NCBI GenBank assembly: GCA_000165425.1
Contig: CT868067.1
Location: 62,001 to 126,000, forward strand
DNA: 64,000 bases
From: Paramecium tetraurelia
Lineage: Eukaryota
Direction: 5' to 3'
Program-made: the position numbers and the translations under genes
The notes under the pieces: model-generated
Database searches by the model: none
What the model was told of the DNA's origin: nothing
The model's input: the letters and a program-made list of their open reading frames with translations, nothing else
In this document: one piece after another, positions 56,212-64,000 of the stretch
How positions within the stretch are numbered: position 1 is the stretch's first letter
Layout of the letters: each line of letters begins with the position of its first letter

Positions 56212-58078
56212 ATGAATTCTGTAGGTTTCTAGGAGATTGTATTCAGTAATATAAAGAATGACCACTTAGGTTTTATTTCTAAGAGTAAAACTTTAATGAA
56301 AAAGCCAAAAATTAATAATTAATGTATTGCTTTGTGCATACCAAGTTCTTATATCAAAACACTCTAAACTAATAGAACTTTGAAAAGAAAGGAACATATA
56401 ATAATCAATTTTAATTCTATATAAATAAATTTGCCAAAACAACTTTTAGAATAAGATTAGATCATTTCGATTGATAATATAATAGAATCATAAAATCTTC
56501 CTTAAACTAATTCAAGTATAAGAGAGAGAGATATGTTTCTAAGGATTTCATTAATAAATAATAATATAAGAGTTATATTAAATTTCGAAATCAACTTTCA
56601 TATTATATGCCTACTGATGCATCTAAGATATATCGACACCAATAAAATTCTTTTATAACTTGTATAATAATTAATGTTTCATTAAATTTGAGAAATTTAT
56701 AATTTTTTTTATGAAAATATTCTGGCTCAGACCATCTGCTGGAGATTCATAATAATCAGCAATTGTTTATCAGAAATAATAATAGGAAGCTGTTAAGTAA
56801 GTCATTACTCCGAAAAGAGAGTCAACCAAATTTCCTTTTCACTTGAGTTTAGAAAAGGCGAAATGGATAATTGATAAGTAAAGATTCAATTTATTTTAAA
56901 GTGTTGACAATAAAATCTTGGGTAATTAAGTTAGGGCTCTTTTGAGTGCCCCTGTAAAAAACTGGATGTAACTGAATACAAATCTATAAAATTTAGAACA
57001 ATGTGATGATTTTTTTAACATTCACGTTAATTCACTATTTATATAATTAGATGAATAAATATTCAAGAAAAAAAATGAAAATAATTATTAGATGAAAACA
57101 TTAGTTTTGACTCTTGATTACTACATGAACATTTAAACCTTTTTATTGTTTTTATATTGGAAACTACTTAGAAACAGCGAGGAATTAATAATCATAGAAA
57201 GGCTATTAGAGTGGATAATTAAAATTAGGTACATTTGCCTAAATATAGATTATCTAATGGAACATTTCATCCACTTCTTATTTGATAATCGAATTCAACT
57301 GAGATAAGTGAAGCCTTATGAGATCATTCCCAAACCATTGATAGGCTATGAAGAAATGGATCTATTTTCATTGGATCCTGCAGTGCTGAGCAATGTTATC
57401 ACTGAGATAAACGAGGAATTCTACTCCTAGTTATAATTCAATAACTTACTCACCAATCTAGACAATGGGAAATAGAGTTAGTTCTTATCGGAGTATTTTG
57501 ATAGAATCAACTCTTTCTCCTTATATATTTAGACAACGATATTAAAGAAGAAGGATAGAAAGAAGGCTATCGATTATTTCTATGAGGTTTGTTTAGAACT
57601 TTGTAAAAATGAGGATGGGGAAGGAGTATTTTTATTATTTACTTTAAGTATTGAACGATTGGATTAAGATTTATTGCATTCTATTCAATATATTAGCCCA
57701 ATCTAATAATAGATACTGATCGACATGACCAAAACCTTTGTGTGCAATAAACACATTTATACACCTTCAACCACTAAAAAGCTCTATCCAATCCCATCTT
57801 TTTATCATTTTTGGACTAAACTCAAAAAATTAGAATAGGCAGCTTAACAAAGTAAAGACTTGAAGTATATTGATCAAATCCGAAATATCCTTCTAGATTT
57901 AATGTTTATTCGTTAATCCAATAGTTCAAGATTGCTCACAAGATAAAAACAAAGTGATCCTCTTTTAAAATATTTCTTGTTAAAAGGACATCAAATAGAA
58001 CTATCTTAAATGTTAGAAATTCCAATAGGTAATTGGAATTAAATGTAATTAAAATTAATGAAAATGGCATCAAATTGA
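56212..58078 (+). CDS. RasGEF (CDC25)-like domain protein
   Basis: C-terminal half reads LFSLDPAVLSNVITEINEEFYSQL...FDRINSFSLYIQTTIL..DRKKAIDYFYEVCLEL, matching the CDC25-domain pattern by eye; TGA 58076-58078. Confidence 0.6.
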
Positions 58079-58182
58079 ATGTATTTATTTATAATTTAAT
58101 TAATATTATATTTTTCACTGGAATTTATATTTTATGCTATAAAAGCACTGAAAAATTAAAAAAACTAGATAATAATAAAAAT

Positions 58183-58638
58183 ATGTAGGGCAATGTTTAA
58201 TAAGTGTTCTTGCAGTTTACTGCAAATAAACCAGAGATGGATGGAAAAACCTTTGCTAAAGTTTCCAAAGATTGTCATCTTCTAGATAAGAAATTGACAT
58301 CCACAGATGTAGATTTAATCTTTGCAAAAATCAAACCCACCCCAGCAGCTAGATCAATAACCTATGCTTAATTTGAAAAGGGTTTGTAAATGATGGCTGA
58401 AAAGAAGGGGGTTGGAGTTCAAGATGTTCACAATCAAATTCTCAATGCTGGTGGACCTCATTTTTAAGGAACAAAAGCAGATGCTGTCAAATTCCATGAC
58501 GACAAAAACCTATACACAGGAGTTCATGCAAATGGTGGACCATCAACAATAGATAAGAATCACGGAGGATTGAATACCATTTGTGATAGATCCTAAGCAG
58601 ATGTTAGAGGAAGTCAAAAAATGATGAAAAATATATGA
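58183..58638 (+). CDS. TPPP: Short-type TPPP/p25-alpha tubulin polymerization-promoting protein
   Basis: EMDGKTFAKVSKDC, LTSTDVDLIFAKIK, FHDDKNLYTGVHANGGP; 151 aa, intronless. Confidence 0.93.
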
Positions 58639-59094
58639 TTATATTACACATTTATTATTAAATCAGAAAAAAGATTTGCGTAATTATAAAAACACCCACT
58701 TCATAAAGAGGCTTCTGGAAAATTAATATTGAATTATAATTAGGTCTAAATTAAGATAACCTTGGGTTGAAATATGTTTTATCCTAACACTTATGTACGA
58801 TACTCTTCTAATTAGTTTCAGACCATTAAGAATAATAACAAATCAATTAATTGATTAATACCTAGTACTACGGCAGTTTAATGTACTGTACATTAGTAAT
58901 TTAATTGCTACAGTCGATTTATTTATTGTAAATTTAATTAAAAATTAGTAAATCTTAGTTGGCACTTCTGCAACAGACTCAGTATACTTGTAGTTATAAA
59001 GTTTAATTAATAAATATTATTCTTCATATATTTTTGTAAGGTTTTATATACTCAGTAATTATTTTGATTCACTTATTTAAATATTATACATAAA

Positions 59095-60579
59095 ATGGAT
59101 GTGAAAATAAAGGATTCTTTTTTTGATGATCCGGAAACTACGACCTTTTGGGTTAACAATGGTCTACCCAATTAAGACCAAATATTATAAATGCAGGATT
59201 CAATGTACATCTAAAAGGAAAATGAGTTCTGCAAACGCACTCTAGGCATTTAGAATCACTACTTACTTTACTTTAAAAAATAAGTATATTGTAACCAATA
59301 ACCAATAGACGGCTCAAAAATGGGTTAACTTGGACAATGCTACTATTGAATATGTCAAACATTAAAGTGTAGGATTGGGGATTAGAATTTCAAAACATAA
59401 ATAATGTTTTGAGTTCTTCGGAGATGTCGAACCTTGGTATAATTATTTGAGATAATATTGTGTACAAAGAAATTTTTCCCAAAGTTACACTTTATTAAAG
59501 AAAATTGGATAAGGAAATTTTGCTGATGTATTTAATGACCCTATTTTTAGGTATATAAGGCAACCAATAAGATGGATGGAGCTGAATACGCTATCAAGTG
59601 CTTCAGGAAGAACAAATTAAAGGAGAACGTCGATAGATTATCAATGATCAAAGAAATATCAATCATGAAGAAAATCCAGCATGAATCAGTCATTAAATTA
59701 TATGAAGTATATGAAGGAGATGATTGTTTGTACTTGGTTTTGGAATACTTGAGAGGAGGAGAACTTCACCAATTTATGAAGAAGTCTCCTCCCTTTTCTG
59801 AAGAAAAATGTTCAAAGTTGATTTTTCGGATTCTAAAGGCCTTATATTCTATACATCAAAAAGGAATATTGCATCGGGATCTTAAGCCAGAAAATATTAT
59901 GTTGAGAAACAAAGATGATCTTGATAATATCTGTATCGGAGATTTTGGATTAGCCGATTATTATTCTCCAAGTGGCCAATATCTTTTTACTAGATGTGGA
60001 ACTCCAGGCTATGTTGCTCCAGAATTGCTACAAGATAAGCTCTATGATTTCAAAATTGACATTTATAGTGTTGGAATACTTATGTACATTTTAATCGCAG
60101 GTAAGTCGCCATTCGATGGCAAAGACTATGATGATGTTGTTATGAGAAACTACTATGCGAAGGTGAAATTTGAAGATTGTAAATTAACTGAGGTCGGTAT
60201 GAACTTCTTAAAAGGTTTAATGAATAAAAATCCAATTCAAAGATTTAGTGCAGAAGAAGCGTTAAATCATCCATGGTTTGCAACAGAAAATTCCAATAAA
60301 GCTTGTTAATTTAAAATTCGAAAACAAAACTACGTATTGAAAAAACTGGGTCATTGTGAATTATAAATCAAATAGTTTTCAGCTATTTCTACTTAGTTCA
60401 GTCCTAAAAGTTCGTTATCAAGCCTTAGTCCTTACTGTATGACTAAATATAACTTGGATGAAAGTCCACAAACTCCTAATTCACCAAGCGCATAATTCGC
60501 CATTTCAACTCCCAGAACTCCTGGTATGTGTAAATTAAGGCCAGTTCGACGCTCTTAATTTAACTTAAAATAAATTTGA
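59095..60579 (+). CDS. CaMK-like Ser/Thr kinase with N-terminal PH-like region
   Basis: IGQGNFADV, YAIK, HRDLKPEN, DFG, RCGTPGYVAPE; TGA 60577-60579. Confidence 0.93.
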
Positions 60580-60971
60580 TTTTAATATGTATATAAGTCA
60601 ATGATTTAACTTAGAGATTATTTAATTCTATTAATACTTGAATTCCTATTTATTGATTTCAGAAGAAAGAGTAGAAAATTTGCAAAGTAGATTAATAATT
60701 TATCTTTAAAAATTACATATAAATAATATCCATACGTGTTCTTTTGATTTACATCATTTTTGTAAAGTTGTAATTAAAAAAAATAAATCATATATATGAA
60801 TGGTATTATCTAAAATTATTTCTATTTTTCAACTATTTCTGAGGAGAATTAATTTCTTATTCTATCATTTGGAGATGCAAAAATTGTGAGAATTATGATT
60901 ATAATTATACGAATGATATTTGTTACAACACTTGCTCTTTATCAGAGTTAAAAATGTAAAATTAATCATAT

Positions 60972-61436
60972 TCATTAAATAACTTAGTCAAGCTCCTCTT
61001 CTGAAATAGATTCAGATCTTGCATTTCTAAGCTTTTGGAATTATTATCTTATGTATTATTTACTTCTCATTTTAAGATACGAAAGCTTGTTAGATTATTT
61101 GAATTTCTTAGCAGGCTTGTAAGATTTTCCTTAGACTACTAAAGGATTGAATTTCTGATGATGAGATCTAGGGAATATTAATTCAAAAATAAATACCTAC
61201 ATTGACTTGGGCTTCTTGTAGCAATACTTTAACTCATTTTCTTAAAAAATCTTTATCCTTTGCTTCTTTATTGTGTTTCTACCAAATCTTATGAATTATA
61301 TAGAAAATCCAGATAAAGTTTATGTTCTTAATCAGTCCAGTGCCCGGTGTTCAACTGTTTTTGTTTGGACAATTCTTTAGTTTTTGTTTAAGTCTGTTAG
61401 GAGAAGATTTTCAAAGTGTGCAGTCTCAAATTTCAT
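60972..61436 (-). CDS. SHAQKY-type single-repeat Myb protein (5' frame anomalous)
   Basis: NTGHWTDQEHKLYLDFL...FKKMSQSIATRSPSQCRSHHQKFNP with an intron inside the CRSH motif. Confidence 0.75.
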
Positions 61437-61788
61437 TTTATGTTATCTACTTGAAGAACTATTTATATTTAGAAATTAATATTTAAATACTATTATTGAT
61501 ATCAAAATAATAAATAATAAATCAGTTTATTTAGAACATAATTTCTGATTGAGCATATGAATGCCAATAATTAATATTAAATTTGCGAAAATTCAATAAT
61601 ATTTGATTGAAAATGATTATCTTTAAAAATAAAATGCTTAATCAAAAAAAAACTATATTTGAAATGATGATATAATTTCATTTTTTCTTGAAACATATTG
61701 TAATTAACAATTTAAAATTAAATTGATATTTAAAGAAAATATAACGATAAAAATTAATAATAAAAATAATTCATAAATAAAATTTATT

Positions 61789-63430
61789 ATGCTTTCCTAA
61801 TCAAATTTGACTCTAACTACTTAAATCAGATTAGCCACTGTTATTCAAGCAATCGCATAAAACGAATAATTGAGTGAGAAAAGAAGATAAATACTAGCCT
61901 AGCTTGACATGTTCACTGTAGAAGTTGGTAATTATTTTAACAAAAACCATAGCGTTTTTACGGTTGGATCAAAGCAGAGTGAATCAATTGGCACATACAG
62001 ATATAATTGAATTTTTATAAGACAATAAAATATCCCATTCCCAATTTGAGGCAGCCTACCTCTTTAAGAGATTAGATTGGGACAGAGATGGAAGAATAAA
62101 ATTGGGAGAGTAAATGATCTATTTAATGTTATAGTTTTCTCTAATACATTTTACCAAAAAGAAATAACACCTTAAGAGACATCGCCAAAGCCAGAACCCC
62201 TTATTAAATTGAACCTGGAATGTTATTGCCTAACGAAGTTGAATTGGCACTTGCTGACTTATTTACCTAAGAAATCAATAATTACAGGACAATAAGCCAT
62301 GCAAGATAGGCTCTAGTCAATTCTTTAGACTACTCAACCTTGGAGGCCTTCAAAACTCTTGATTTGTTTAACCAAGGTTTTCTGACAAAGGAAACTTTAT
62401 CCCTATTCATGTAAAAGTAAGGAGCCCCATTGTTGAATGAAGAAGTAGACTCATTCTTTGATGCTGTTGATTTGGATCAAGATGGAAGAATATCCTATAG
62501 TGAATTGGTAGAGGCAGTTCACTTGATGGAGCCCTTACCCTATAGATCAAGTGTTGTTAGGGACACAGACTATATTAGAGCAGTAGAAAATAATAGATCA
62601 CTAGAAAGACTAGCTCTGCCTAGTTATCCTTATTATTTCTACCCATACTATCCCTATTATTATCCTTATTACTATCCATCTTTGAGATTGGAAAATGTTA
62701 GACAAAGAGAAAATTCTCTCGAAAGATTAAGAAGATCAAGATTATAATAGATCGAGAGTGAAAATAGAATTATTCATTTGGAGAACGAAACAAGAAGAAG
62801 TGCTGAAAGATAAAGAAGCGCTGAAAGATTAAGATAGATTTAAGAAGAAAGTTTGATTAGATAAAAGCAAATTGAGGAGTAAAATAGAATCAGAGAGCTA
62901 GATAGGATAAGAGATGATGACTTGAGAAGAAGCAGAGAAAGAATAAGATTGATAGAAAACGAAGCAAGACTTAAGTAAATTGAGGCCGAAAGTAGGGCAA
63001 GAGATATCGAAAGAGAGAATAGATTATTAGTATTAGAAAGAGAGTAGAGAATAAGATAAGCAGAGTTGGAAAGAGAATTAATAGAAAGCAAAGTTAAATA
63101 TCAAAATTTGGAGAGATAAAGTTCTTTAGAGAGATTGAGATAACTTGAAGATATAAGAAGAGCAGAATTAGATAAATTAAGAACAAGCTCAGCATTGGCT
63201 TACTCTCCTTATTATTCCACATACACTTCAAACGTACCATATTATGAGAAAGTATTATAAAAATACCCATATTCTTTAATTGATTCGATAAATGCTTTTA
63301 AGTATTAGAATTTAATCTATTTATTAGTTCTATAAGAAGATATTCACCAATTAATAATAAGTCATTGGTCTAATCAACAATTTACGAAAGCCCAAGTAAA
63401 ATAAAGAAGTAGGAATTCAAGTAAAAATGA
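61789..63430 (+). CDS. Multi-EF-hand protein with Tyr/Pro-rich segment and charged E/R tail
   Basis: LDWDRDGRIKLGE, LDLFNQGFLTKE, VDLDQDGRISYSE; YPYYFYPYYPYYYPYYYP; long E/R-rich helix. Confidence 0.85.
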
Positions 63431-63610
63431 TTAATACAATTTTCATTAATAATCTAAATACATATATTTGTTCTATTGCCCTTATTGTCACTCTAAAATG
63501 TGAGATGTCATAAACAACAGCTAAAATCAAAAAGAAATTTCAACGTTGTATACATTTAAATAAAATATCTCTAAATCAGCCTAAAAGAATAAAATATAAA
63601 AATTTAATAA

Positions 63611-64000
63611 TCATGCTTCGCTCTTCTATCTTTTTTCTTTTCCTTCACTCCAACAACTTTCATTTTAAACTCCATTCTTATCTATTAGTATACCCTTCCC
63701 ATGTTACTTCCCATCTCTAAATTCTCCTTTATACATAGTACCATCCGCCCATTTGAATTCTCCTTCTCCGTGTTTTTGATCATAACAATAATATCCTAAA
63801 TATTCCCTTCCATCAGGCCATACAAAATGACCTTTTCCATGCATCTTACCATCTTTAAATTAACCCTTGTAGATTCTGCCATCTTCAAATTTCAACTCTC
63901 CATAACCTGTAATACTATCATTTTCAAATTATCCAGTGTAAATATCTCCATTAGGAAACTTTGCTCTTCCTTATCCTTGTTTCTTTCCCTAAAAGAATGT
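63611..64000 (-). CDS. MORN-repeat protein (5' part outside window)
   Basis: Tandem YxGxFxxGxxHGxG repeats (YKGQFKDGKMHGKG, YKGEFRDGKQHGKG); stop 63611-63613. Confidence 0.92.

Noticed and set aside
455..63091. Short ORFs of the supplied six-frame track as independent genes or as evidence of mass pseudogenisation
   Set aside because: The track treats TAA/TAG as stops. In code 6 with micro-introns the fragments join into intact genes, and many listed ORFs (e.g. 24045-24575, 44051-44305, 62840-63091) are antisense shadows.
1..64000. CRISPR arrays, transposases, telomeric repeats or prokaryotic operons
   Set aside because: None seen. The repeats present are protein-coding (Cys-rich, MORN, E/R-rich) and the DNA is eukaryotic.

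Overview
Gene-dense, very AT-rich ciliate macronuclear-type DNA, most consistent with Paramecium. TAA/TAG read as Gln, TGA is the only stop, and genes carry tiny GT..AG introns of about 20-33 nt. The supplied standard-code ORF track therefore fragments nearly every gene, and I re-read the models by hand in code 6 (exon boundaries are approximate). About 37 protein genes and one tRNA-Gln(CUA) are visible. Recognisable genes include a SEC12-like WD40 protein, beta-carbonic anhydrase, RPL7, RPS20, a CDPK, CFAP91, ribophorin I, a short TPPP/p25alpha, and Myb, MORN and EF-hand proteins. The most notable items are: (1) a tightly packed tandem triplet of receptor-like signal peptide-EGF-TM-RING-H2 ubiquitin ligases; (2) six paralogous CaMK-like kinases with a shared N-terminal domain, two of them tandem pseudokinases; (3) a giant ~2800-aa Cys-rich surface protein and a surface-antigen-type protein; (4) a divergent TFIIB-family factor; (5) a RasGEF-like protein and an inactive rhomboid-like protein.
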